DNA of 64,000 bases from an uncultured virus (IMG/VR IMGVR_UViG_3300025096_000011). Taxonomy: Duplodnaviria > Heunggongvirae > Uroviricota > Caudoviricetes. This document shows positions 15,933-25,433 of this stretch, one piece after another (position 1 is the first letter of the stretch; every line of letters begins with the position of its first letter). Made by a program: the position numbers and the translations under genes. The stretch is from the IMG/VR virus record IMGVR_UViG_3300025096_000011. The stretch is one strand, 5' to 3'. The notes below the pieces were generated by a model, which was given only the letters and a program-made list of their open reading frames with translations, was not told the DNA's origin and did not search any database.

Positions 15933-18752
15933 CTAAATGTCCTTTAGTGTTCTGCCCACGTCACCTTCGGCGGTCATCACGACCTCCCAACCAGGGATGC
16001 TGACTGTCATGCACTCTTCAAGTACACGACGGGCCTTCTCAATCTCAGGTGGTAGTGGGTTGTTCTTGCGTTCTTTGGGATGCGGTGGCTTCCACAACGG
16101 GTCGAAGCCATCAGGCAGCGGTATCTCTACTGCAATAGAGTCGTGGCATTGGTGAATCATGCCGGTGCCTTTGCCCGCAAACTCATGCGGAAAGGCGTCC
16201 TGTACTGCGATCTCAGCCAGCCGCATGATACTGGACTCAGCCGCAAGGATGGGGAAGTTCACCACTTCGTTCAGCTTGCCGTCGCCCAAGGGACCACTGC
16301 GCCTACCCATGACGGGTTCTTCCATCCAGCCCTGGTGTTTATACATCAACATCATACGATCCCATGACTCAGCCCACTCGGGCTCAGACTTCATCCACGC
16401 ATCGTGCATCAGTCGTACTTCTCTCAAAGTCATACCGACATAGGGCAAACGACCGTCACCTGTTTCAGTGCTGGTGATTACCTGCCAAGCTGTAGCAGGG
16501 TTAGCACCGTAGATAGACGCGTACCGCAGTGTCTTGCACACATCGCGCATGTCCTTGGCTTCGCCTCCCTCCGGTTTGTTATACAGCGAGAAGCCATCGG
16601 AACCCCAGCCAGAAGCTGTCTTGAACTTGTCCCCAAAAGTAGCGTATGCAAGTGTGTTGTGTGGGTCCTTGCCCTCTTCAAAGCACTCAAGCAAAAGCGG
16701 TATTTGCCAGTAACAAGCTGTGATTCTTAGGTGTGCTTGGTCAAGGTCAGCACCAATAAGTACGCGCCCCGGTTCAGCAGCAAAGATAGCCTTGAGCCTG
16801 CCTTGCCCCTTCCGACTGCCTTGGTTCTGTAAGTTGGGCCCAGAACTACTGAGCCTACCTACACTGGTCACATGCGCGTTCCACGTTGAGCGTACACGCC
16901 CGTCTTCATGCACCACACCTTTCTTTACATCAATGTCTCGTCGGTTGAGTGGGATGAGTGTCGTGCCCAGGATTTTATTCTTCTCGCGACGATACAGCCG
17001 CAGTTCTCGGATGAACTCGGTTTGTGATTCGTCCAGCTTACCGCTGGCCAAGTGCCCGCGAAGCACAGCATCGCCGGTACTGGGTAAGCCTGACTCAGTA
17101 TAAAAGTCTTTGGCGTCCATCTGTGGCGGGATGCTCAGACCCCACTTGCCATAGAGCAGATCCCTGATTTGCGCTGCACTGCCAGGGTTTACCTTGTCGT
17201 CTGCGTTGATAGCGGACTCGCTTATGTCTTTACCACTTACCTGCTTGATAAGGTTACGCAGCTTCTTAAACCTACGGCGCACACTCAGTTGGTACTCTGT
17301 TTCAAGGCTGGCCCGTAGCTTCTGGTCTACCCACACACCATTCTTGTGCATGTTGACGCACATATCTTGTGTCGCATGGTCTACTTCGTTGAGGTTCCAT
17401 GCACGATGGTCTTGCCATCCGGCAGGTACAATATCCTTTCGTATTGCGCGAAACGCGCCTGACTCAGTAGAGCAATCGATAAGCGGTACTGTGATCCGTG
17501 CGTTGACTACTGCGTCCACGATGTTGTACCGCAACAGTTCATCGTCATCCTCAGAGCCTGTGCTGATCTTCGTACCTTTCTCGGTAGTCTCCCAGCGTTC
17601 AACGTCAGTGAGGATGGAGCCTACGGTCTTGAGACTCTTGGGTAGGTCTGGTGCCCTGAATCGTGCATGGAACAGCGTATCTACTAACGGTGCGGGAGTA
17701 ACGCCCAAGTGATTCTCGACGACCATGCGATCGTAATACCCGGCATTGTGACCCACCCACACACGTCCATCTGTGAAGACGCGACGTAAGATGTCTTTGA
17801 TTCGCCATTCGTCTTCGGGGAGGTAGAAGTGAGCGCGCCCATCTACTGATAGCAACCCCACCCCCACAGCCCTACTGACTTGTGCGTAGGTTCCGCGTGC
17901 TGCCTTACCTCTGTAGTCAAGGTCGGGTGTAGCGATGGCGATGGTACGTAGTCCGCACTCCATGGCTTCGATGCCATCTGTCTCAACGTCATAGGCCCAA
18001 AAGGGTGCAGGTTGAGCCAACCACTGTTCCAGTTGGCATGGTGTCGGTCGCCACAGGATCTCGGGTTCTTCCCAGTTCAATCGGTCTTCGAAGTATCGAA
18101 ACGCTTTGCCGAGGTCTGATAGGAACACGCTACGCCAACCAGGGGACCGGATAATAAACGACGGGTGTAGCATCGGCATGACCTTTCGGTCAGGTTCTTC
18201 GTTCGTGACATACCATGTGTCGTCAATGCCGATGGGCCCACCACGGGTAGCATGAATACTCTGTGTTCTACCCGTCAATGCAGACGTAGCGATCTTGCCC
18301 AACGTGATGATGTTTTTGTACTTTGATACGAGGTTGAGCAATGCGGGACGGCAGCACTCTACGGGTGATGCCCACGGGTCCATACCCTTTTTGACCCGGC
18401 TCTTATTCTCTTGGTCGATACGCTTGGTCATACGTATGAAAGCGCCAGATGGTTGACCTGGAGGCTGACATAGGAAAGTGTGCGTTAGGTCTACGTCAGG
18501 ACGACGCTTACACGTAGCAGCTAAGCCTGCGTTCCATTCGTTGCCGCTGCGACCTACCAAGGGTCTGCCAAAGCGAGTCTCCTCTGTGCCCGGTGACTCT
18601 GCGACAGCAAGTACAGTTGCGCCGTCGTGAATCTCTGCGGGTACCGGAGCCCACTCATCTTCTCGAATGAATCCATTGGGTCCAAGAGGACATTCGTTAC
18701 ACCGTGCGCCTTTGCAGCGAGGGTCGAAGTCATGGACGGGATATTCAGTCAT
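15933..18752 (-). CDS. polA: family A DNA polymerase with N-terminal family-4 uracil-DNA glycosylase-like domain and 3'-5' exonuclease
   Basis: UDG4 motifs (CxxCPL, AESPG..E...GRPLVGRSG, TLGKIA, HPS); Exo I DVET, Exo II GHNAGYYD, Exo III YNIVD; GRLSSSGPNLQN; motif A DLDQAHLR, motif B KTLRYASIYG, motif C HDS. Confidence 0.95.
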   Translation of the reverse strand: MTEYPVHDFDPRCKGARCNECPLGPNGFIREDEWAPVPAEIHDGATVLAVAESPGTEETRFGRPLVGRSGNEWNAGLAATCKRRPDVDLTHTFLCQPPGQPSGAFIRMTKRIDQENKSRVKKGMDPWASPVECCRPALLNLVSKYKNIITLGKIATSALTGRTQSIHATRGGPIGIDDTWYVTNEEPDRKVMPMLHPSFIIRSPGWRSVFLSDLGKAFRYFEDRLNWEEPEILWRPTPCQLEQWLAQPAPFWAYDVETDGIEAMECGLRTIAIATPDLDYRGKAARGTYAQVSRAVGVGLLSVDGRAHFYLPEDEWRIKDILRRVFTDGRVWVGHNAGYYDRMVVENHLGVTPAPLVDTLFHARFRAPDLPKSLKTVGSILTDVERWETTEKGTKISTGSEDDDELLRYNIVDAVVNARITVPLIDCSTESGAFRAIRKDIVPAGWQDHRAWNLNEVDHATQDMCVNMHKNGVWVDQKLRASLETEYQLSVRRRFKKLRNLIKQVSGKDISESAINADDKVNPGSAAQIRDLLYGKWGLSIPPQMDAKDFYTESGLPSTGDAVLRGHLASGKLDESQTEFIRELRLYRREKNKILGTTLIPLNRRDIDVKKGVVHEDGRVRSTWNAHVTSVGRLSSSGPNLQNQGSRKGQGRLKAIFAAEPGRVLIGADLDQAHLRITACYWQIPLLLECFEEGKDPHNTLAYATFGDKFKTASGWGSDGFSLYNKPEGGEAKDMRDVCKTLRYASIYGANPATAWQVITSTETGDGRLPYVGMTLREVRLMHDAWMKSEPEWAESWDRMMLMYKHQGWMEEPVMGRRSGPLGDGKLNEVVNFPILAAESSIMRLAEIAVQDAFPHEFAGKGTGMIHQCHDSIAVEIPLPDGFDPLWKPPHPKERKNNPLPPEIEKARRVLEECMTVSIPGWEVVMTAEGDVGRTLKDI

Positions 18753-18782
18753 TCGTGTGGTAGACTCATTTGCTGGCCCTTA

Positions 18783-18830
18783 AAGAAAAAGGGCCACCAC
18801 ACCAAGGACCTGTAAGGTGTGGTGACCCGG
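18783..18830 (-). terminator. intrinsic terminator after the SSB-like gene
   Basis: GGGTCACCACACC/GGTGTGGTGGCCC stem followed by TTTTTCTT on the minus strand. Confidence 0.75.
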
Positions 18831-18850
18831 CTCAAGATTGCCCCGAGCCT

Positions 18851-19453
18851 TTAGCTTACGATGCTTTGTGCAGCCGATGGCGGCGGCGGCAACGTAGCGT
18901 GTCCTGTGGGTGCTCCGTTAACGGGAGCAGCTACAGGGTTTGGTGCAGCAGTTGTAGTTACTGCGGGTGCAGCCGTGGCGGTAACAACCTTAGTACCTGC
19001 CGCGATTGCTGAATCGTACTGAGCCTTGGTCTTCCAAGAGAACTTGTTGTACGATCCTTGAACACCAGACTGTCCTGGTGTGAACTCAACGTATGCCTTG
19101 CGGCCACCGTTAAGCTGAGTCAAGAACCACTCGTCTGTGATTGCTTGAGCAGTCTCAATGTCTTGGCCTGTGTAGCCCAATGACATGAGGATACCCTTGG
19201 TCGCTGCAAGCTGACCGCGAACTTGGTTTTCCTTGAGACCGGGCAAAGGGTTGCCGTTGTCATCGAAGGGGAAGTTCATGAAGTCAAAGCACTTATAACC
19301 GTTGTCAAACGTCATGTAGAGACGACGCTTGCCAGGGCGGTTGTTTGGGTTCGCAAGTTCAACCAAGCTGACTTCGTAGTAGCCAGCGTCAGGTGCCTTT
19401 GCGCCAAGAGCAGAAATGCCGTTGAAGGCGTTACCGGGGATATTGATGGACAT
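18851..19453 (-). CDS. single-stranded DNA-binding protein-like (DUF669-like)
   Basis: PDAGYYEVSL N-terminus, Ala/Pro-rich tail, position after an AAA_24-like ATPase, own terminator. Confidence 0.55.
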   Translation of the reverse strand: MSINIPGNAFNGISALGAKAPDAGYYEVSLVELANPNNRPGKRRLYMTFDNGYKCFDFMNFPFDDNGNPLPGLKENQVRGQLAATKGILMSLGYTGQDIETAQAITDEWFLTQLNGGRKAYVEFTPGQSGVQGSYNKFSWKTKAQYDSAIAAGTKVVTATAAPAVTTTAAPNPVAAPVNGAPTGHATLPPPPSAAQSIVS

Positions 19454-19499
19454 ATTTTCTCCAAGTTTGGTTATGAAAGCGAGTCAAAGCGACTCAGGG

Positions 19500-20492
19500 T
19501 TATCGAACAGGCGGGGGCGGCGGCAGTGAAGAAGATTCACTGACACGACTCTCCGCTGAGTCGAAATCGAACAGGCCCTTTTGTTGTTGTGCACGAAGCA
19601 CTCCCCGAGCAATACCATCCTGGCAAGCCCAACGCAAGTGAACTTGCGCGTATTGGTTGTGCTTTTTCATGACCTCTGCGGCCACGTCGCGCGAACTGCG
19701 ACCTAAAATAATCTGTGATGCGACTTCTTCAGCCACCTCATCTTGCCACTCAAGACCGGGGAATCGGTCAAGTTTGTATCCACTGGCAGATGCGTTCATA
19801 ATCTCACGCAAGTTACCAGGAGTCTTCTCTGTGCAGACACCAGTACGATCACCAGTCACCCACTCTGAATCCGTTGGGTCACAGTAGTACACGCTGGGGA
19901 ACCAAGGGTCAGGGTAGGTAGGGTCCACCATACTCCGCACGTTGATGTCACACCATGACGGCAGAGTCTCTGTCTGATTGCGACTCGGTACGTCAGGACC
20001 ACCAGGACAGAACACACCGTCGTGATTAGAGCCTGGAGGCCGTTCGTGGAATGTCATGGCAAGGTGTACGCCCAGGTGACGCGAGAGTCCCGCCAGTTGG
20101 AGCAAGTGACTGTTCAACTGCTGGTACTGAAAGAACCTGTCTTTGCGACCACTACGGCCTGTAGGTGCCTCTTCTGCCCACGCCAGCATGGAAAGCTTAC
20201 AGATATGGCTGGCGTCGTCGATGATAAGTGCGCCGTAAGGCTTGAGCGTTTCGGGGTTGGCGCTCAGTTCCTCTAACATCCGAACCAACTCAGGTAGTGT
20301 CTGTGGTGGGTTTGGATGAATCGCTGGCTGGATACCAAGTTCGTTGTTTGCCACCAACGCAATCGCAGAGGGTACACCAATGAATAATCCATTGGGGAAC
20401 GCTGCAATCGCATCGCTGGTCTTTTTCTTTTTGGGTTTTCCGTAGACGCACACCATTACTGTTGGTGGTGCGTGATCTTGTCCATTGTGCAT
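19500..20492 (-). CDS. Sak4/AAA_24-like recombination ATPase
   Basis: VCVYGKPKKKKTS (degenerate Walker A), LIIDD, TFHE, LPSWCD; lies between nuclease and SSB-like genes. Confidence 0.7.
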   Translation of the reverse strand: MHNGQDHAPPTVMVCVYGKPKKKKTSDAIAAFPNGLFIGVPSAIALVANNELGIQPAIHPNPPQTLPELVRMLEELSANPETLKPYGALIIDDASHICKLSMLAWAEEAPTGRSGRKDRFFQYQQLNSHLLQLAGLSRHLGVHLAMTFHERPPGSNHDGVFCPGGPDVPSRNQTETLPSWCDINVRSMVDPTYPDPWFPSVYYCDPTDSEWVTGDRTGVCTEKTPGNLREIMNASASGYKLDRFPGLEWQDEVAEEVASQIILGRSSRDVAAEVMKKHNQYAQVHLRWACQDGIARGVLRAQQQKGLFDFDSAESRVSESSSLPPPPPVR

Positions 20493-20507
20493 GTTTGCTC
20501 CGAAGGC

Positions 20508-21515
20508 TCAGGGTTTTTTGTGTTTGGCTTCTACGCTGGACTCTCCGTAGAAACACAGCTTGATACCTGCACAGGCGCCGTAGCGACCGACGCAGGTAGT
20601 TTCGTGTTGGGCTTTTGGCCAAGCCCAATGGTCTTTCTTGTCAACGTCCAAGCGAGCAAGGTTGTGCTCCGCTTGCCACAACATCTCAGCAAAGTGCGCG
20701 TCTCTGTGAGGTGTCATGGGTACCATGGGTCGTGCGACCCGCCAAGGATCGGTTGTCTGAATGAGATTCAGTGCAACTCCACCAAAGTTATCAGGCCATA
20801 CTTGTCGGCCCATAATGCGAAAGGCAGCGAATCCGCCGTCGATTGCATATCCATCTACTGATTTGTTTGGCTCTACTCGCGCCTGGTGCTTGTGATCCCA
20901 CACGTAGACTCGACCGCTGCGGTCCTGGGTCACAAGGTCAAGCCGTCGAGTGAGTTCGATAGCGTTACCGTGATTGGGGTGACCGACACAGTTCAACGGT
21001 GTGGGGTGTATGATGCCGCCGTCGATGGCTTTAATCTTCGCAGCTTTCGGGTGGTAGCTAACGTCGTCAGGATGCACAACCCATAGGCTCCACAGTCCAT
21101 CCTTCATACCAAGTACCGCCGTGATGGGGTACTCGACTGCAACAACCTTACCGGGTGATTCAGGGTAGGTAGCGAGGTAGCGACGGAATGTTTCTTTCAT
21201 CCGAGGGATATGCTGTTCGCCGTCACCATTGACGCGCACCCACTCTTCAACAGCCTCTTCAGGGTCAAGTAGTAGTGACGCATCATCCATGTGATAGTCG
21301 TCAACAAGTACGCCACCTTGCTCGCAACCCCAAATGGCGTGCTGGTGCGCCTGCATGACATGACCCATTGACCCGCGAGTCAGTGCGTCTGCCGGGATTA
21401 GCTGTAGGTCCAGGCGGTTCTGGTACGCAAATAGCTGCGGGCACTTATAGAACGTACCGATTCGGCTCCAGCCACTACGGCTTCTACCTGCATCAATGAG
21501 TATCTTCTGCGTCAT
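20508..21515 (-). CDS. Cas4/RecB-like PD-(D/E)XK exonuclease
   Basis: WSRIGTFYKCP, GSMGH, AVE, RLDL...WDHK and three C-terminal Cys. Confidence 0.8.
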   Translation of the reverse strand: MTQKILIDAGRSRSGWSRIGTFYKCPQLFAYQNRLDLQLIPADALTRGSMGHVMQAHQHAIWGCEQGGVLVDDYHMDDASLLLDPEEAVEEWVRVNGDGEQHIPRMKETFRRYLATYPESPGKVVAVEYPITAVLGMKDGLWSLWVVHPDDVSYHPKAAKIKAIDGGIIHPTPLNCVGHPNHGNAIELTRRLDLVTQDRSGRVYVWDHKHQARVEPNKSVDGYAIDGGFAAFRIMGRQVWPDNFGGVALNLIQTTDPWRVARPMVPMTPHRDAHFAEMLWQAEHNLARLDVDKKDHWAWPKAQHETTCVGRYGACAGIKLCFYGESSVEAKHKKP

Positions 21516-23443
21516 TAGGACCCCAACTTTGAGATTATTGAGTCAATCAGTGACCCTTTGTCTTCCAGACCCAGTAGCTTATTGTCCAGGCCCTTGAGTT
21601 CGTCGGCGTGTAGAAAAGACTCAATCGGACCAAACTTGTCCGTTAATATCTCCACCACACGCTCGTCATAGGTGTTCGATGCGACGATGACCTTAAGCAA
21701 AGTGGCGCGTCCACCAAGTCGGTCGAACCGTCCCTTCCATTGCATGAAGTCACCAGGCTTCCAGGGCAGCATGGCAAAGATGGCGAGGTCTGTAGTCTGC
21801 ATCCCGTCTACACCGGTACCGATGCTCTGTCCTGTAGCGACGATGCAGCACGGTCCATCGGAGTCCCTGAACGCATCGACAATGACATCGCGCTCGCTCT
21901 CAGGTACGCCACCGTGAATCATCCATACAGGTACGTCACGTTGGGCTTCATCACCACGATTGACTTCGCGTTGGATGGTATCGGACCATGCTTCTGTCTC
22001 GCGCCTGCGAGCAGTAAACACGACAACCTTACCCCCACCCTTCAAACCTTCGAGCACTTCACCTGTAATGTACTTACGCTTACGGCTACATGCCTCGGCC
22101 AATCTTGCTTCCAGTACCTGCTCGCGTGCGGCAAAGTTAGTCTTGGCATCTTTCGCCATCGACTTGAGTGCTTGACCGAATGTTTTGTCGTCGCTCCAGC
22201 GTTCTGCCCGGTTCAACTCTGCGCTGCTTAGGTACACAACCTGCACGCGAGTAGACGGTAGGGCAGCATGTGACTCGCTGTAGGGTACTTCGTGCATCAT
22301 GAAGCTGCACCGTGCCTTGAGTTCAGGCAGGTTACTGCTGCCACCGTCTTCGAGCCCACCAAACTGACCGGGCTTGGCATCGCAATACCGACCAGCAAAA
22401 CGTGAGTAGCTATGCGAGAACCCGCCAGGAGCCAACAAGTCAAGCTGACTCCATAGTCTGCGAGGTCGCCCGTCATCCAAGGGTGTAGCAGTCAGTCCTA
22501 TACGTAGCTGTAGGCTCGGCAATCGGCTCACGTCCATGACGGCAACGGCCCTGTTTTCTCTACTGACCTTTGAGTTTGCACGCTCACTGGCAGCGGTCTT
22601 ACGCTTCTCAAACTTAACCGTCCCATCTGCTTGTGGGATAGCCGTCCAACGTTTGCGACTACCGTGGGTATGAATCTCGTCGAGGATGAGCACAGATGGG
22701 TCAAGCTGTCGCGCAATATCCATATTGTCGGCAAGCGACTCGGCACCGATGATCACCACAGGACGGACTTGTTGTGCCTTACAGTCATTGAGGTATTCCT
22801 GAATCGTGGGGTCGTCTTTCTTCATGTCCGACTTGGGGCGAACACGGTAGGGCACAAGAAAAGTGTATTCCTGCACCTGACTCCACCACACATGACGAGC
22901 CTTCGCGGGGCAAACGATGAGTATGGGTCCTCGCTGAGTCAAGCTACCCAGGATTGCGCCGAGTGTTTTGCCGCTCCCGCAACTCCAAACATCCAGCACC
23001 CAAGGACGTGAGTGAGCCCATGCGACTCCCATAAACTGATACGGTGTTGCGATTTCTATGACAGCCGGCTTGAGTTCATTTCGAGTCACGGCGCGTTTGG
23101 CGATCTCTTTGCCGCGCTCGACCATTTGTGCGCGCGATTCTTCGTCGTCCCGCCAAAAGTCAATGCCATCAATGTTTACTGACTCAGCTACGTAGCCGAG
23201 GTTCATGTGACAGAGTAGACCCTCGACCAGCCACGCAGCATGTATCGGTGCGTAGATTTCGTAGCGGTCAAAGTCTCGAACATCTCCTGACTCAACTACT
23301 TTTATCAGGCGATTGCGTCGACCGTTACCTGTTCTGCCGTACACCAAACACCCAGGCACGTCGACTTCAATGCTACTTAGAGCATGCTCATCAATACCCA
23401 CGCGCTTAGACACCACATAGATGTAGTGCGGTTGATCCCACAT
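21515..23443 (-). CDS. SNF2-like superfamily 2 helicase
   Basis: PYQ, GSGKT, IVCP, DEIH, LTATP, GTGVD, QWKGRFDRLG; ATG 23443 chosen because a promoter lies at 23468-23497. Confidence 0.85.
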   Translation of the reverse strand: MWDQPHYIYVVSKRVGIDEHALSSIEVDVPGCLVYGRTGNGRRNRLIKVVESGDVRDFDRYEIYAPIHAAWLVEGLLCHMNLGYVAESVNIDGIDFWRDDEESRAQMVERGKEIAKRAVTRNELKPAVIEIATPYQFMGVAWAHSRPWVLDVWSCGSGKTLGAILGSLTQRGPILIVCPAKARHVWWSQVQEYTFLVPYRVRPKSDMKKDDPTIQEYLNDCKAQQVRPVVIIGAESLADNMDIARQLDPSVLILDEIHTHGSRKRWTAIPQADGTVKFEKRKTAASERANSKVSRENRAVAVMDVSRLPSLQLRIGLTATPLDDGRPRRLWSQLDLLAPGGFSHSYSRFAGRYCDAKPGQFGGLEDGGSSNLPELKARCSFMMHEVPYSESHAALPSTRVQVVYLSSAELNRAERWSDDKTFGQALKSMAKDAKTNFAAREQVLEARLAEACSRKRKYITGEVLEGLKGGGKVVVFTARRRETEAWSDTIQREVNRGDEAQRDVPVWMIHGGVPESERDVIVDAFRDSDGPCCIVATGQSIGTGVDGMQTTDLAIFAMLPWKPGDFMQWKGRFDRLGGRATLLKVIVASNTYDERVVEILTDKFGPIESFLHADELKGLDNKLLGLEDKGSLIDSIISKLGS

Positions 23444-23467
23444 AGTCAGGTCCTTGTCTTGTCCCGA

Positions 23468-23534
23468 GAGATTAAGGCCGCTAAACCACCGTGTCAAGAG
23501 AAAACTTGACACGTAGGTATTTTTTGGCTAATCT
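23468..23534. promoter_or_regulatory. back-to-back divergent promoters (helicase operon and XRE regulator)
   Basis: TTGACA-N17-TAATCT on both strands (plus-strand copy at 23506-23534). Confidence 0.75.
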
Positions 23535-23558
23535 CGTGAAGTCAAACAAGGTACTGTA

Positions 23559-23849
23559 ATGGAAGTTCCAAACAAAGAGTTCGCAGATATGGTGAAGCGT
23601 CATCGAGAGGCGCGTTGCTGGTCGCGCTCAGAGTTGGCGCGTAGGTCAGGATTGACCCAGGCAGAGATCAGTCGACTGGAAGCGTCGAAGAGGATGCCTA
23701 CCATTAGACACGTCAAGCACTTGGCTGAAGTATTTTCTAAGACTCGACAACAAGGTGATCCAAAAAGTTACGCTAACTGGGTGGCAATCATGGTCAACAT
23801 CGGTGACGAAGTGCGTAAAGAGACAAGGGCTGCTCGACGATCAGGCTGA
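23559..23849 (+). CDS. XRE/Cro-C1 family HTH transcriptional regulator
   Basis: REARCWSRSELARRSGLTQAEISRLEASKRMP. Confidence 0.9.
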   Translation: MEVPNKEFADMVKRHREARCWSRSELARRSGLTQAEISRLEASKRMPTIRHVKHLAEVFSKTRQQGDPKSYANWVAIMVNIGDEVRKETRAARRSG

Positions 23850-24155
23850 TTTGTTCTGGTCGATTATTCTGTCAAGCTTAGCCACGATGTCGTTGTGTAC
23901 TTTGGTTCGAGTAATCAAAAAGTCTTTTGACTGATTATCGGCCGTGTCTCGGTACTCTTGAATGACGCGATCGTAACGCTCACGCATCTTCTCTGAGCGC
24001 CCATCGTATTCCTTGCGAATCTCATCCAGTTGCTCTTGGAATCCCTCTACCAGCTTATCCAGACGTTTTTGCATCATCATAAACTGATACACAAGAAAGG
24101 CTGCAAAAAGACCTAAGTGACCCCCGCCGAGCAACGTGTCTATCAGGGCTTCCAT
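23841..24155 (-). CDS. membrane protein with coiled coil (holin-like)
   Basis: One N-terminal TM helix plus coiled coil; coupled to the endolysin gene. Confidence 0.55.
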   Translation of the reverse strand: MEALIDTLLGGGHLGLFAAFLVYQFMMMQKRLDKLVEGFQEQLDEIRKEYDGRSEKMRERYDRVIQEYRDTADNQSKDFLITRTKVHNDIVAKLDRIIDQNKSA

Positions 24156-24730
24156 TAAAACTCCGGTTCATCAATCAGAGTGTAACTAAAAGAGTTGCCC
24201 CACTTCTCCCTTGCGGCATAGCAGATAGACATAAACTCTTCAAAGTCTTTGCTGTGGCTGAACACCTGACATCCGGCAGACCACTTATCTACTTGCGTCG
24301 ATGCTGAGCCCGCTTTGTGGATATTGATGCCGTAATAGCCTTCAGTAATAGACTGTACGTCAAGATCAATAACGTCGTCTTTATTGCTATCCCGGTAAGT
24401 CTTGACCGTACCGTTCCTCTGGCAGAGCGCATCGTACTTTCCCTGGTGCTTATCGATCTTCCAGACAGATCGGTATTGCCCAGGCACAAGGATAGCAGTC
24501 CCTTCAACACGGGTGGGGTTCTCAAGCCAGTATTTACCAGGCTCAGTAGTGCACTCCCAAGTGCGCGTGATCCAACCTTGTTCATCTTTGAACGCAACAC
24601 ATATACGGTCGTCGAACCGGTTTGGTTGGTGATCCTTGCTACGAATACCGATGATGTTCAGATTGTATTCGCCTGACTCAAATACAGTGTGGCCTATCGA
24701 TTCGACATAGTCGAGAAGAATCGGGCGCAT
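24155..24730 (-). CDS. putative endolysin, YkuD/L,D-transpeptidase-like Cys peptidase
   Basis: GINIH-x11-SAGCQ His/Cys pattern; flanked by membrane proteins; ATG 24730 is the likely start. Confidence 0.65.
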   Translation of the reverse strand: MRPILLDYVESIGHTVFESGEYNLNIIGIRSKDHQPNRFDDRICVAFKDEQGWITRTWECTTEPGKYWLENPTRVEGTAILVPGQYRSVWKIDKHQGKYDALCQRNGTVKTYRDSNKDDVIDLDVQSITEGYYGINIHKAGSASTQVDKWSAGCQVFSHSKDFEEFMSICYAAREKWGNSFSYTLIDEPEF

Positions 24731-24731
24731 G

Positions 24732-25022
24732 CTACGAGCCGCAGTTAGCGTTTGTGGCTTGGCAGATTTGAGCGATATTGATGGCTTGCTGTTGCTGGTT
24801 ATCCAGCATCTTTTGAACAATGTCTTCCATCTTTTCCAGGCGTTGCTCAATGCCTTCAATCTTGACATCAACAACCTCTTGCTTGCCTGCTTTAGACTCA
24901 AGAACCTCAACTCTGCGGTCAACTTCTTGAACCTCTTGAGCAGCAGAATCAAAAGAAGCAAACGAAATACCCGCAGCAAATACTACAGTGAGTCCAGGTA
25001 CAGCTAAATCTTGTAGTTCCAT
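24732..25022 (-). CDS. membrane-anchored coiled-coil protein (lysis accessory)
   Basis: N-terminal hydrophobic helix plus coiled coil; GAGG RBS. Confidence 0.55.
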   Translation of the reverse strand: MELQDLAVPGLTVVFAAGISFASFDSAAQEVQEVDRRVEVLESKAGKQEVVDVKIEGIEQRLEKMEDIVQKMLDNQQQQAINIAQICQATNANCGS

Positions 25023-25035
25023 CGTGCCCTCAAAA

Positions 25036-25431
25036 CTACTGCGGTTCAGTACAACTATAAGACCCGAGTAGCTTGTCCGTCAACTTGGATGGCTCACATC
25101 GTTGCTTATCTGTTTCACCTGTTCTGATACACAGAGCCCACATACATTGCAATGACATAGGATCTCCCCCGACTTCTTTGATACAGGGAGGTGGCATATC
25201 AGTGAGTTTATCGGCAATAGCCGTCTCACGTTTAGCTTCTTCGACTGCGACTTCTTGAACTTTGGTGACGAGCGCTTCGTTACCGCTGTTTAGTTCTTTA
25301 ATGGCCTCTGTCTGCGCCTCAATCGCTTTTGTACCTGCATCTGGCTTCAAGCCCCACCCTGCACCGAAACCGACACCCAAGGACGCAAGAACGGCGATTG
25401 TGGTCAATGTAACAGGTTCCATTTCTTTCAT
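25036..25431 (-). CDS. membrane-anchored Cys-containing protein (spanin-like)
   Basis: N-terminal TM, coiled coil and C-terminal domain with 5 Cys. Confidence 0.5.
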   Translation of the reverse strand: MKEMEPVTLTTIAVLASLGVGFGAGWGLKPDAGTKAIEAQTEAIKELNSGNEALVTKVQEVAVEEAKRETAIADKLTDMPPPCIKEVGGDPMSLQCMWALCIRTGETDKQRCEPSKLTDKLLGSYSCTEPQ

Positions 25432-25433
25432 CC

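Noticed and set aside
20508..21515. Cas4-like gene as part of a CRISPR-Cas system
   Set aside because: It is a solo nuclease in a helicase/Sak4/SSB recombination module, with no array or other cas genes.
23444..23512. N-terminal extension of the helicase ORF
   Set aside because: It spans the divergent promoters, so a downstream start is more plausible.
24731..24979. N-terminal extension of the endolysin ORF
   Set aside because: It overlaps gene 24732-25022 in another frame; ATG 24730 abuts that gene's stop and fits better.
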